Shown here piece after piece: positions 19,461 to 28,950 of a DNA stretch of 64,000 nucleotides (position 1 is its first letter; each line of letters begins with the position of its first letter). Made by a program: the position numbers and the translations under genes. The notes under the pieces were generated by a model. It saw only the letters and a list, made by a program, of their open reading frames with translations. It made no database searches and was not told the origin of the DNA. This DNA is from an uncultured Sutterellaceae bacterium (GTDB taxonomy: Bacteria > Pseudomonadota > Gammaproteobacteria > Burkholderiales > Burkholderiaceae_F): contig CADBTW010000095.1 in assembly GCA_902797695.1 (NCBI GenBank), positions 66 to 64,065 of the forward strand. The letters run 5' to 3'.

Positions 19461-21146
19461 ATGCCTCGCGATTTCGACTTTGACTTCTTTGGCGGCAACG
19501 CTTCGGGCCGGACGGCGCCTCTCCGGCCCTCTAGGGCGCCGTCCCTCAGGAGCGCGTGGCCGGAACGGGATCGGCCGGAGGGCGGAGCCCGGGCTCCTGG
19601 CAGCGTGCCCGCGTCCGGGGGGGAAAGGATGCTTTCCGTGAGCGACGTCTGCCGCTCGATCAGCCTCTCGCTCAAAGGGCGGTTCCCGAGGATCTGGGTT
19701 GAAGGGGAGGTCGCCGGGGTCACCGTGCCGTCGAGCGGCCACTGCTACTTCGAACTGAAGGACGAAAGCGCCCAGATTTCCTGCGTGATGTTCCGTTCGG
19801 AACTCGCCCAGTACGGATTTCGCCCGGAGCCGGGCGACCGCGTCGAGGTGCTCGCCCAGCCAACGCTATATGAAAGAAAGGGGCGGCTGCAGCTCTCTGT
19901 CCACGAAATGCGGCGCGCCGGCCTCGGGAGGCTCTACGCCGAGTTCCTCCGCCTTCAGAGGAAGCTTTCCGACGAGGGGCTTTTCAGCGCCGAGCTGAAG
20001 CGGCCGCTTCCGGCGCTTCCCCGTACGGTGGGCGTGGTGACGAGCCTTCAGGCCGCGGGCCTCCGGGATGTTCTCCGGACGCTTGAGAAGAGGGCGCCGT
20101 ATGCGCGCGTCGTGATCTTCCCTGCTTCCGTTCAGGGCTCCCGGGCCCCGCAGGAGCTCGTCCAGGCCCTGAGGCGTGCGTCTTCATCCGGGGTGCCGGA
20201 CGTCGTCCTTCTCGTTCGCGGCGGCGGATCCTACGAGGACCTCGCCTGCTTCAACAGCGAAGCGCTCGCGCGGGAAATCCGGCGCTCCCAGGTCCCGGTT
20301 GTGACCGGAATCGGACACGAGTCCGACACGACGATCGCGGACCTCGCGGCTGACCTCCGGGCGGCGACCCCGACCGCGGCGGCCGAGCAGTGCGCGCCTG
20401 CCGCTACCGAGGTCACGGCGCGGATCGAGCGGCGGGAACTCGCGCTGAAAAGAGCGTACGAGAGGCTGCACGCGGAGCGGTCCCAGAGGCTGGACCTCGC
20501 GGAGAGCAGCCTCCGCTCGCCGCTTTCGCTCATCCGGGAGGGCCGGTCGCGTGCGTCAGATGCGACCGGACGCCTCGCGCGGATCGCAGACCGTGCGTTC
20601 CTTATTGAGTCAGGCCGTCTTCAGGGGCTCGAGTCGAGGACCCTGTCCTTCAGGAAGAGGATCACGGAGGGCGCGGGAGACTCGATCCGGGCGAAAGTCC
20701 TCGCGATGGGACGCGCCGCGAGGGACATTTCCGGAGCTGAACGGGGGAAGTTCGGCAGCCTTTCGATCAGGCTCCGGCACGAAGGGGAAGGGATACTGAG
20801 GGACCGGGGTTCGCGGCTCGCGCTTGAGGAGAAGGCGCTCGAAGGGGCGAAGCCCGCGGTCGGTGCCGGCCGGGCGGCGGTTCTCGCGGCCGAGCAGGAG
20901 CTCTCCAGGACTGCCCGGGCGGCGATCCTCCGGGAACGCTCCCGGATGGGGGAAGCGGAAGCGCGGCTTCGCTCGATGGAACTCGCCCGCGTGCTTCGCC
21001 GGGGATTCGCGCTCGTTCTCCGGGCAGGCGGAATCCCGGTTTCCCGGGCGGGGGAGCTCCACGCGGGTGACGACCTCAGCCTGATGCTTTCCGACGGCCG
21101 GGCCGAGGTTAGGGTGCTTTCAGTGGAGGCCGGGAAGGAGGCCTAG
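19461..21146 (+). CDS. xseA: exodeoxyribonuclease VII large subunit
   Basis: OB-fold N-terminus (RIWVEGEVAGVTVPSSGHCYFELKD) and core motifs VGVVTS, LVRGGGSYEDL, GIGHESD. ATG 19461 follows AAGGAG; ATG 19629 is an alternative start. Confidence 0.92.
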   Translation: MPRDFDFDFFGGNASGRTAPLRPSRAPSLRSAWPERDRPEGGARAPGSVPASGGERMLSVSDVCRSISLSLKGRFPRIWVEGEVAGVTVPSSGHCYFELKDESAQISCVMFRSELAQYGFRPEPGDRVEVLAQPTLYERKGRLQLSVHEMRRAGLGRLYAEFLRLQRKLSDEGLFSAELKRPLPALPRTVGVVTSLQAAGLRDVLRTLEKRAPYARVVIFPASVQGSRAPQELVQALRRASSSGVPDVVLLVRGGGSYEDLACFNSEALAREIRRSQVPVVTGIGHESDTTIADLAADLRAATPTAAAEQCAPAATEVTARIERRELALKRAYERLHAERSQRLDLAESSLRSPLSLIREGRSRASDATGRLARIADRAFLIESGRLQGLESRTLSFRKRITEGAGDSIRAKVLAMGRAARDISGAERGKFGSLSIRLRHEGEGILRDRGSRLALEEKALEGAKPAVGAGRAAVLAAEQELSRTARAAILRERSRMGEAEARLRSMELARVLRRGFALVLRAGGIPVSRAGELHAGDDLSLMLSDGRAEVRVLSVEAGKEA

Positions 21147-21577
21147 AAGCGCGCCTTGTCCCCGGGGCGGACGCCGTGCCTCGCGAACCAGCCCTTTCGC
21201 GCTTCAAGCGCGTAGGACACGGGCTCCCTCGCGCAGCGGGCGGAAAGGCTGAAGGGCTTCATTTCGTCAACTATCGAAGAGACCGTTCCGTCCTCAAGGA
21301 TGAACGCTACGGAGAGCGGGATCGAGGTTCCCTTCATCCACATGCACCAGCTGTCAGGCCGCGGCATGACGAAAAGCATCCCCCTGCCTTCGGGAAGCGA
21401 TTCCCGCCCCATCAGCCCGTGCTTCAGTTCCTCAGCCGTTTGCGCGACTTCCGCGGTGAGCGTCGCGTCCCGGAACCGGACTTCGAGCGTGGCCTCCGCG
21501 CCGAATGCGGCTGGAGGAAGTGCGAGGAGCGCTGGAAACGCGAGGCAGAGAAGGAGTTTCTTGGTCATGTCTTGCAC
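21143..21577 (-). CDS. DUF192 domain-containing periplasmic protein
   Basis: Signal peptide (LLLCLAFPALLALPPAAFGA) and DUF192-like core (GLMGRESLPEGRGMLFV, SIPLSVAFI). Confidence 0.8.
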   Translation of the reverse strand: MQDMTKKLLLCLAFPALLALPPAAFGAEATLEVRFRDATLTAEVAQTAEELKHGLMGRESLPEGRGMLFVMPRPDSWCMWMKGTSIPLSVAFILEDGTVSSIVDEMKPFSLSARCAREPVSYALEARKGWFARHGVRPGDKARF

Positions 21578-21639
21578 AAAGCGTCCTGTCAGGAATTCCC
21601 GGGGAAAAGCAGCGGTTCCGTTTCCCTCGCGCTGAAGAG

Positions 21640-21678
21640 AAAAACGGCAGCGGGAGTTTCCTCCGCTGCCGCTTTTTT
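21640..21678 (-). terminator. terminator after the cold-shock gene
   Basis: Stem CGGCAGCGGGAG/CTCCGCTGCCG flanked by an A-run and a T-run, so it could act bidirectionally. Confidence 0.6.
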
Positions 21679-21745
21679 CACAAAGGCAACAGAAAGCCCG
21701 CCGGCTTCCCTTCGCAGGGGAGGGCGGGTTTTCCTCGTGAAGCAG

Positions 21746-21952
21746 TTACTCTGCCGGAACGATGTTGGCAGCCTGCTTGCCCTTCGGGCCGTCGACGACG
21801 TCGAACGTCACGCGCTGGCCTTCCTTGAGGGACTTGAAGCCGTCCATCTTGATCGCAGAGAAGTGAGCGAAGAGGTCCTCACCCTTTTCATCGGGGGTAA
21901 TGAAGCCATAGCCCTTGGCGTCATTAAACCACTTCACGGTACCGGTAGCCAT
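21746..21952 (-). CDS. cold-shock domain protein (CspA family; cspD-like position)
   Basis: 68 aa with RNP motifs KGYGFI and DLFAHF. It lies divergently upstream of clpS-clpA, as cspD does in E. coli. The long N-terminal extension in the ORF track is rejected. Confidence 0.95.
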   Translation of the reverse strand: MATGTVKWFNDAKGYGFITPDEKGEDLFAHFSAIKMDGFKSLKEGQRVTFDVVDGPKGKQAANIVPAE

Positions 21953-22373
21953 ATTGCAAATCTCCATCTTGATGCAAGCCCGCCAGATGCGCGCTGCTCT
22001 GCAGCATTGGATTTCTGGACGGGAAAAAACCACCCTGCGGAAAAGCCCGAAGGGATCAAGCAGCGAGCTGATACAGAACCCTGCCTGATCAAGCTTACCG
22101 CACTCCTGAGACAATACGCCGTCTGCGGAAAAGTTGCACGTGAGGGTAGGGAATGAGGCTAAGCGGCGCCGCTCAAGAGAGTCAGGTCCGGGATGTGCAT
22201 GCCGCCGCGGCCGTCCGGGTTTCCAAGACCGGCAGATGCCGGACCCTGGGGAAAAAGAGCGGAGTCTCTCATGAGGCATGGCAAATTTTTGCCCCGAGGA
22301 TCGGGAAAGCCTCACGGACTCTTCCTTTTTTCTGCAGAATTACCGGTAGACGATCCTATTGGCTGTGGGAACA

Positions 22374-22700
22374 ATGACGGAAAAGGAATGCGGGGGTGCG
22401 AAGGAATCCTGCCTCGCGCTGAAGGAGAAGAGGAAGGTCAGCCTTCCGCCGATGTGGCATGTCATCTTGCTTAACGATGACTACACGACGATGGATTTCG
22501 TTGTCATGCTGCTCAGGAGCCTTTTCGGAAAGACCGAAGAGGAGGCCGAGCGGCTCATGCTTGAAGTCCACCGCAACGGGCGGGGAGACGCTGGGGCATA
22601 CCCGCGGGAAATCGCGGAAAGCCTCGCCGCGCAGGCGATGCGCCTCGCGAAGGCGAACGGATTTCCGCTCCGATGCATTGCGGAAAGGGAGGCCTGCTGA
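22374..22700 (+). CDS. clpS: ATP-dependent Clp protease adaptor ClpS
   Basis: Core LPPMWHVILLNDDYTTMDFVVMLL. The stop overlaps the clpA ATG (TGATG). Confidence 0.93.
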   Translation: MTEKECGGAKESCLALKEKRKVSLPPMWHVILLNDDYTTMDFVVMLLRSLFGKTEEEAERLMLEVHRNGRGDAGAYPREIAESLAAQAMRLAKANGFPLRCIAEREAC

Positions 22701-24997
22701 TGATTGACAGGGATTTGGAAAGGAATTTCCAGGACGCGTTCGTCTCGGCGACCGCCGCCCGCAGCCGCCTGATCACGGTCGAGGCCCTGCTGCTCGAGCT
22801 GCTCAAGAATCCCCGCGTGGTGGCGGTCCTCAAGGCGCTCAACTGCGACCTCGACGTGCTCCGGGCGGATCTTGAGGATTTCATCGCCACCCAGGTTCCG
22901 AAGCTCGCCTCGAAGGACGAGGACCCGCAGCCCTCCGTCGGGTTCCAGCGCGTGATCGAGCGCGCCCTGGTCCATGTCCAGCAGTCCGAAAGGGAAGACC
23001 AGACGCTGCACGGCGAAGACATCCTCGTCGCGATTTTCGACGAGCCGGACAGCTGGGCTGTGTGCTTCCTGAAGGAGCTGGGAGCCGACAGGCTGCGCGT
23101 GACCGAGTACCTTTGCGCGAACGCGCCCGAGGGAAGCAGGCCCTGTCCCGGGGAATGCGGCGCGGACGGGCGCGCAGCGCCGGACGCGAAGAAAGAAGGG
23201 GACCCGCTCGAGGAATTCACCGAGAACCTGAACGAGAAGGCGAAGGTCGGGAAGCTCGACCCTTTGGTTGGGCGAGACCGCGAGATTCGCCGCGTGGTCC
23301 AGGTTCTCTGCCGGAGACGGAAGAACAACCCGCTCCTCGTCGGCGAGGCGGGGGTCGGGAAGACCGCGATCGCCGAGGGGCTCGCGGAGCGGGTCGTCGA
23401 GGGGCGCGTTCCCGACGCGCTCCGCAGGAAAGTGATCCGCTCGCTCTCGATCGGGCGGCTCGTTGCCGGGACCAAGTACCGGGGCGACTTCGAGGACCGC
23501 ATCAAGAAGCTAGTTGACGCGGTGAAGGAACGGCCCGAGGTCATTCTCTTCATTGACGAGATCCACACGGTAATCGGTGCCGGCGCGACGTCAGGCAGCC
23601 AGGCGCTTGACGCTGCGGACCTCCTGAAGCCCGCCCTTTCGAACGGCGAGATGTCCTGCATCGGCGCGACCACCTACGAGGAGTTCCGCAGAATTTTCGA
23701 AAAGGACCGGGCGCTTGCCCGCCGGTTCCAGAAAATCGACGTCCCGGCGCCGAGCGTCGCGGAGTCGGTAGAGATCCTGAAGGGACTTCGGAAGCGCTTC
23801 GAGGATCACCACGCTGTCCGCTATACGGACGAGGCGCTTGAGGCCGCGGTGAGCCTTTCCGAACGGTTCATCAGCGACAGGCGCCTTCCCGACAAGGCGA
23901 TCGACGTGATCGACGAGGCAGGCGCCGCGCAGCAGCTCCTGCCGCGGGAAAGCAGGAAGGCCGTGATCGGGCGCGAGGAAATCGAGAGGACCGTTTCCGA
24001 AATCGCGGGCGTTCCGGTCGCCACTCTTTCCGAGGGAGATTCGGGAAAGCTTCTCAGGCTGCCTGACGATCTCCGGGCCGTGATCTACGGCCAGGACGAC
24101 GCGGTGAACCGCGTCGTGTCCGCTATCCGCTTGTCGCGCGCGGGGCTCGGAAGCCCGGACCGTCCGGTCGGCAGCTTTCTCTTCACCGGCCCCACCGGGG
24201 TCGGGAAGACGGAGCTCGCGAAGCAGCTTGCGAAGAGCCTGGGGAACGAGTTCATCCGCTTCGACATGAGCGAATACTCGGAGAGCCACACGGTGAGCCG
24301 CCTCATCGGCGCGCCTCCGGGCTATGTCGGGTTCGACCAGGGCGGGCAGCTGACTGAAGCGGTCTCCAAGCACCCTTACGCGGTGGTGCTGCTTGACGAG
24401 ATCGAAAAGGCCCACCCGAGCATCTTCAGCGTCCTCCTCCAGGTGATGGACAGCGGGACGCTTACCGACAATACCGGACGCAAGGCCGATTTCAGGAACG
24501 TGATCCTCATCATGACGTCGAACGCCGGGGCGCAGGCGGCGGCCCGGAACGTGATCGGGTTCGGGGAGTCCCGTGCGGAAGGGGACGACCTTCCGGAAAT
24601 CAAGAGGATCTTCCCGCCCGAGTTCCGGAACCGGCTGGACGCGGTGGTGCGCTTCAAGCCGCTCGACAGGAGCCTCGCCGGGCAGGTCGCCGGGAAGTTC
24701 CTCCGCGAGATCTCCTCGCGGCTCGCCGAGAAGCGGGTCGTTCCGGTCTTCACTCCGTCCCTTCGGGCCTATCTCGCCGAGCACGGATACGATTCGAAGA
24801 TGGGGGCCCGTCCGATGGCCCGCCTGATCCGCGAGGAGGTCGAGAGGCCGCTCGCCGAGGCGATCCTCTTCGGGCCCCTGAAGAACGGCGGGACCGTCAC
24901 GGTGGGATGCTCCCGCGGGAAGGTGCAGCTCAGGTTCCCGGAGTCCTCCCCGGTCCGCGAGCCCGCCTCGGGCCGCAAGAGCGAGGTTCCGGCCTAA
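22700..24997 (+). CDS. clpA: ATP-dependent Clp protease ATP-binding subunit ClpA
   Basis: N-domain collinear with E. coli ClpA and two AAA+ Walker A motifs, [10 protein letters not shown] and [10 protein letters not shown]. Confidence 0.97.
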   Translation: MIDRDLERNFQDAFVSATAARSRLITVEALLLELLKNPRVVAVLKALNCDLDVLRADLEDFIATQVPKLASKDEDPQPSVGFQRVIERALVHVQQSEREDQTLHGEDILVAIFDEPDSWAVCFLKELGADRLRVTEYLCANAPEGSRPCPGECGADGRAAPDAKKEGDPLEEFTENLNEKAKVGKLDPLVGRDREIRRVVQVLCRRRKNNPLLVGEAGVGKTAIAEGLAERVVEGRVPDALRRKVIRSLSIGRLVAGTKYRGDFEDRIKKLVDAVKERPEVILFIDEIHTVIGAGATSGSQALDAADLLKPALSNGEMSCIGATTYEEFRRIFEKDRALARRFQKIDVPAPSVAESVEILKGLRKRFEDHHAVRYTDEALEAAVSLSERFISDRRLPDKAIDVIDEAGAAQQLLPRESRKAVIGREEIERTVSEIAGVPVATLSEGDSGKLLRLPDDLRAVIYGQDDAVNRVVSAIRLSRAGLGSPDRPVGSFLFTGPTGVGKTELAKQLAKSLGNEFIRFDMSEYSESHTVSRLIGAPPGYVGFDQGGQLTEAVSKHPYAVVLLDEIEKAHPSIFSVLLQVMDSGTLTDNTGRKADFRNVILIMTSNAGAQAAARNVIGFGESRAEGDDLPEIKRIFPPEFRNRLDAVVRFKPLDRSLAGQVAGKFLREISSRLAEKRVVPVFTPSLRAYLAEHGYDSKMGARPMARLIREEVERPLAEAILFGPLKNGGTVTVGCSRGKVQLRFPESSPVREPASGRKSEVPA

Positions 24998-25443
24998 CGG
25001 GTTCCGGTCGAGCCGAACCCCGAGGTTCCGCGCGAGCTTTCCTCGAACGCGTCGACGACCTCGAACTCCGGCTGCACGACCGGGACGACAACCAGCTGCG
25101 CGAGCCGCTCGAAGGGCTCGAGCACGTAGGGTTCCGTGCCGCGGTTCCACGCGGACACCATGAGCTCGCCCTCATAGTCCGAGTCGATCAGGCCGACGAG
25201 GTTCCCGAGTACGATCCCGTGCTTGTGCCCGAGGCCTGAGCGCGGGAGGATGAGCGCCGCGTACCGGGGATCAGCGATGTGGATCGCGAGCCCCGTGTGG
25301 ACGAGCTTCACGTCGCCGGGCCGCAGTTCAAGCGGGTTGTCGAGAATGGCCCTCAGGTCGACCCCTGCAGACCCCGGGGTCGCGGTTCTGGGAATGAAGC
25401 GGGAAGCCCGCCCGTCCAGGACACGGAGCGCGATCTTGATCAT
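24994..25443 (-). CDS. dut: dUTP diphosphatase
   Basis: dUTPase motifs [26 protein letters not shown] and [10 protein letters not shown]; 149 aa. Confidence 0.97.
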   Translation of the reverse strand: MIKIALRVLDGRASRFIPRTATPGSAGVDLRAILDNPLELRPGDVKLVHTGLAIHIADPRYAALILPRSGLGHKHGIVLGNLVGLIDSDYEGELMVSAWNRGTEPYVLEPFERLAQLVVVPVVQPEFEVVDAFEESSRGTSGFGSTGTR

Positions 25444-25569
25444 TCGTTGAATCCTTGCAAAAGCCGTTGCCGGGCTGGTTTCGGAATGGCGCGGGGTGCT
25501 GCGGCTGCCGGAGAAAAACAGAACCGCGCAAGCATTGAAGCTCCAGGTTCTTCCCGAAAAGGCCGTTGT

Positions 25570-26022
25570 CTATTTTTTCCCCTTTCCCGCCGCCGCGCGG
25601 AGCCCGATGATCGAGAGGAAGATGCCCATGACAACCGCCCAGTCGCTCGAAACGACAATCCCGATCACGACGAGGGCGAGGCTTACAAAGGAGAGCAGCC
25701 CGCCGAACGCCTTCGCGGCGTTCCTCGCGTTCGCTTCCTTCGCGCGCCGCCTCATGCGGTCGGCCGGCGTTTCTCCCGCGGGGGCGGCAGGGCCTTCCCC
25801 GGACTGTCCGGGAATCGGGAGGGAAGCCCGGGCGAGGCTCTCGAGGAGCGTCTTTTCCTTCGACTTCGCTTCCCGCTGATTCTCGTAGGAAGGAGTGAGC
25901 CCGCCGGCCGAACTGTCCTGCACCTCGAAGGGCTCCAGGTTCCTTTCCCTTCCCGAGAGAAGGCGGTTGATGTAGGAAACGTAGTCGCCGTTCGGCGGCT
26001 CCATTCCAAATGCGTCTCTCAT
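25570..26022 (-). CDS. hypothetical membrane-anchored protein
   Basis: 150-aa ORF with a hydrophilic N-terminal half and C-terminal hydrophobic spans (FGGLLSFVSLALVVIGIVV, AVVMGIFLSIIGL). Codon third positions look GC-biased like neighbouring genes. No family recognised. Confidence 0.5.
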   Translation of the reverse strand: MRDAFGMEPPNGDYVSYINRLLSGRERNLEPFEVQDSSAGGLTPSYENQREAKSKEKTLLESLARASLPIPGQSGEGPAAPAGETPADRMRRRAKEANARNAAKAFGGLLSFVSLALVVIGIVVSSDWAVVMGIFLSIIGLRAAAGKGKK

Positions 26023-26082
26023 CGCTGTGGCTCCAAGTTCTCTGGAAGGAAGGAGGATCGGCTCCTTCCGGATTCCTTTCCC

Positions 26083-27276
26083 CTAGCTTAGCGCCTCGGC
26101 GACCTTCCTAAGGATCGCTTCCGAGGCTTCCTCCTTCGTGACTGGGCCGGTGCGGACGACTCCTTCCCGGGAGATGAGGGATAGGCTCGTGCTGCCGCTT
26201 CCGATCGCAGCCCGCGCGTCGTTCGCAGCGACGAGGTCGGCGCCCTTGCGAAGGAGCTTTTCCCTCCCGTACTCCTCGATCCTTTCGGTTTCCGCGGCGA
26301 ATCCCACGGTGTAGGGGCGGTCAGGGGCGGGGAGCCCGGCGACCTCGGCGAGGATGTCCGGGTTCTGCACGAACTCGATCCTCGGGCTTCCTTCCGTTTT
26401 CTTCATTTTCTGGACGGCTGGGGCGGATGGCTTCCAATCGCAGACCGCGGCGACCGAGATGAAGGCGTCGCAGGCCCTCGCGCGGCGCATCACCTCGCGT
26501 CGCATGTCTTCCGCGGTGATGACGTCCACCCGCTCGACTCCGAAGGGAACCGGGAGGGCTGTGGGCCCCGAGACGAGCGTCACCTCGGCCCCCTGCAGGG
26601 CCGCTTCCCCGGCGATCGCGTAGCCCTGGCGGCCGGAGGAGCGGTTCGTGATGCCGCGGACCGGGTCGAGCGGCTCGTAGGTCGGGCCCGCGGTGACGAG
26701 GACCCGCTTCCCGAGGAGCGGCTTCGCGTGAAGGAGGCTCCGGACCTGTACCGCGATTTCCTCTGGCTCGATCATCCGCCCTTCGCCCGAATCCCCGCAG
26801 GCAAGGCCGCCTGCAGCGGGTCCCCAGACCTCTGCGCCGTCAGACCTGAGGGTACGGACGTTCCGCTGCGTCGCCGGGTTCCTCCACATCCAGGTGTTCA
26901 TCGCCGGGACGACCGCGAAGGGCGTGCGGCGGGCGAGGATGAGCGAGGAAACCAGGTCGTCGCCGATTCCGTTTGCGGCCTTCGCGAGGATGTCCGCGGT
27001 GGCGGGGGCGACGAGAAGGAGGTCGCAGGCCTTCGCGAGAGTTATGTGGGGCATCGGGTCCGCTTCGGAACCCCATTCGGAAACGGCGGCGGGGTGCCCG
27101 GAAAGCGCCGTGAAGGTAAGCGGGGAGACGAACCGGGCGGCGGCCTCCGTCATCGCGACGCGCACGTCAGCCCCGTCCCTCGCGAGGAGCCGGACGAGCT
27201 CGCAGCTCTTATAGGCGGCGATCCCACCCGTCACGGCGAGGACGATCCTTTTTCCCTCTAGCTTTTTTCCTTGCAC
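26083..27276 (-). CDS. coaBC: bifunctional phosphopantothenoylcysteine decarboxylase/synthetase
   Basis: Flavoprotein N-domain (LAVTGGIAAYK) and CoaB domain (GITNRSSGRQG); 397 aa. Confidence 0.95.
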   Translation of the reverse strand: MQGKKLEGKRIVLAVTGGIAAYKSCELVRLLARDGADVRVAMTEAAARFVSPLTFTALSGHPAAVSEWGSEADPMPHITLAKACDLLLVAPATADILAKAANGIGDDLVSSLILARRTPFAVVPAMNTWMWRNPATQRNVRTLRSDGAEVWGPAAGGLACGDSGEGRMIEPEEIAVQVRSLLHAKPLLGKRVLVTAGPTYEPLDPVRGITNRSSGRQGYAIAGEAALQGAEVTLVSGPTALPVPFGVERVDVITAEDMRREVMRRARACDAFISVAAVCDWKPSAPAVQKMKKTEGSPRIEFVQNPDILAEVAGLPAPDRPYTVGFAAETERIEEYGREKLLRKGADLVAANDARAAIGSGSTSLSLISREGVVRTGPVTKEEASEAILRKVAEALS

Positions 27277-27302
27277 TTTTCCGACGCCTTTCCTTCGAAA
27301 AG

Positions 27303-27324
27303 AAAAGCCCTCCGTACGGAGGGC
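27303..27324 (-). terminator. terminator after ispB
   Basis: Stem GCCCTCC/GGAGGGC with loop GTAC. On the minus strand it is followed by TTTTCT. Confidence 0.55.
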
Positions 27325-27330
27325 TTCGGC

Positions 27331-28332
27331 TTACTTGTTCCGCTCCACCGTGTAGTCGATGATCAGCTCGAGCGCGCTGCGGTAGACGCTTTCGGGAATC
27401 ACGCCGAGAGCCTTCTTCCCGAGCTCGGCCTCGTGGCGCGCGGTTTCGAGCGACGCTTCGAGGGAGCCTGTTTCACGCACGATCTCGCTGATCCGCACGA
27501 AGTCCCCGTGGCCCCTTCGCACCGCTTCCTCGATCAGCGCCCGGTCTTCCGGCTTCGCGCGCTGCATCGCGTAGATGAGGGGGAGCGTCACCTTCCCCTC
27601 CTCGAGGTCCGCGCCGAGGTTCTTTCCGGTCTGCGCGGAATCCCCGGCGTAGTCAAGGACGTCGTCCGCGATCTGGAAGGCGTAGCCGAGCCTGAGGGCG
27701 TATTCGGTGAGCGCCTTCTCTTTTTCTTCCGACGGGTTCGCGATCGAGCAGGCGATCTGCGCCGCGCACTCGAAGAGGCAGGCGGTCTTCCGCTCAATTA
27801 CCTCGTAGTAGCGTTCCTTGCCGACCGAAGGATCGTGCGCGTTGTCCATCTGCAGCACTTCGCCTTCGGAGAGCCGGTTCGCGGCGGCGGCGATCTCCGC
27901 CATCGCCCGGAGGTTCTTTGTGCTCACCATCATCTGGAAGGCGCGGGTGTAGAGGAAGTCGCCAACGAGGACCGCGGTCGGGTTGTCCCAGCGCGCGTTC
28001 GCGGTCGGGCGGCCGCGGCGCATGTCCGACTCGTCCACGACGTCGTCATGCATCAGGGTCGCCGTGTGGAGGATCTCGATCACGGCGCCGAGGAACACGG
28101 CGTCATCCCCCTCGTGGCCGAGCGCTCTCGAGCAGAGGAGCACGAGCGCGGGCCGCATCCGCTTGCCGCCCGAGTTCGTGATGTAGTCGGCGACTTCTGC
28201 AACCCGCCGGATATCGCTTCCGAGCGTCTGGTGGATCATGGCGTCCACGCGCTTCATGTCTTCGGCGATGGGGTTCATTGCGGCCTTTATGCCGGCCTTG
28301 GCGATGAGGTTCTTCAGCATGATAAGGGCCAT
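27331..28332 (-). CDS. ispB: octaprenyl-diphosphate synthase
   Basis: Two DDxxD motifs (LMHDDVVDE, QIADDVLDY) in a trans-prenyltransferase fold. Confidence 0.92.
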   Translation of the reverse strand: MALIMLKNLIAKAGIKAAMNPIAEDMKRVDAMIHQTLGSDIRRVAEVADYITNSGGKRMRPALVLLCSRALGHEGDDAVFLGAVIEILHTATLMHDDVVDESDMRRGRPTANARWDNPTAVLVGDFLYTRAFQMMVSTKNLRAMAEIAAAANRLSEGEVLQMDNAHDPSVGKERYYEVIERKTACLFECAAQIACSIANPSEEKEKALTEYALRLGYAFQIADDVLDYAGDSAQTGKNLGADLEEGKVTLPLIYAMQRAKPEDRALIEEAVRRGHGDFVRISEIVRETGSLEASLETARHEAELGKKALGVIPESVYRSALELIIDYTVERNK

Positions 28333-28385
28333 TATACGGGCGGACGGGGCCGGGTTCGGAGGGGAAGGCCCGGGGCCGGGAAAAG

Positions 28386-28414
28386 GAAAAAGCCTGCTCC
28401 TCGCGGAGCAGGCT
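28386..28414 (-). terminator. terminator after lspA
   Basis: Perfect 10-bp stem AGCCTGCTCC/GGAGCAGGCT with loop TCGC, followed by a U-run on the minus strand. Confidence 0.65.
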
Positions 28415-28449
28415 TTCTTCCGTGCTAGGCAGATGAAGCCCGGGCTTCT

Positions 28450-28929
28450 CTAGTCCTTCTTCCTCAGCTCGAGGACGATGAAGAGGAAGACGCCGAGGCA
28501 GATCGCGGAGTCCGCGATGTTGAACGCCGGCCAGTGGAAGCCTCCGACATGCAGGTCGATGAAATCGGTGACCGCCCCGAGCGCGACGCGGTCCGCGAGG
28601 TTTCCCGCAGCGCCTCCCATCACAAGGGCCGCGGCCGCGGCCTGGAGCCTGTTGCCGGGCTCCTTCAGGATGATCACCGCCATCACGACGCACATCGCGA
28701 CCGCGAACGCGGCGAAGAGCGCCTGCTGCCAGCCGCCCGCGTCCGCGAGGAACGAAAAGGCGGATCCCGTGTTCCTGAGGAGCACGAGGTTGAAGAACCC
28801 GGTCACCTCGCGCCAGCCCGAGGCGAGGGCCGAATTCGCCCAGGCCTTCGAGCCCTGGTCGGCCGCGAAGGCGGCGAGCGCAAGGGCGAACCAGGGAAGG
28901 GCTTTCGCGAGGCGTTCAGGGTTCCTCAT
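28450..28929 (-). CDS. lspA: lipoprotein signal peptidase II
   Basis: 159 aa, multi-TM, with conserved NTGSAFSF and FNIADSAI. Confidence 0.93.
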   Translation of the reverse strand: MRNPERLAKALPWFALALAAFAADQGSKAWANSALASGWREVTGFFNLVLLRNTGSAFSFLADAGGWQQALFAAFAVAMCVVMAVIILKEPGNRLQAAAAALVMGGAAGNLADRVALGAVTDFIDLHVGGFHWPAFNIADSAICLGVFLFIVLELRKKD

Positions 28930-28950
28930 GGCGGTAGGCTGTCCTTTCCC

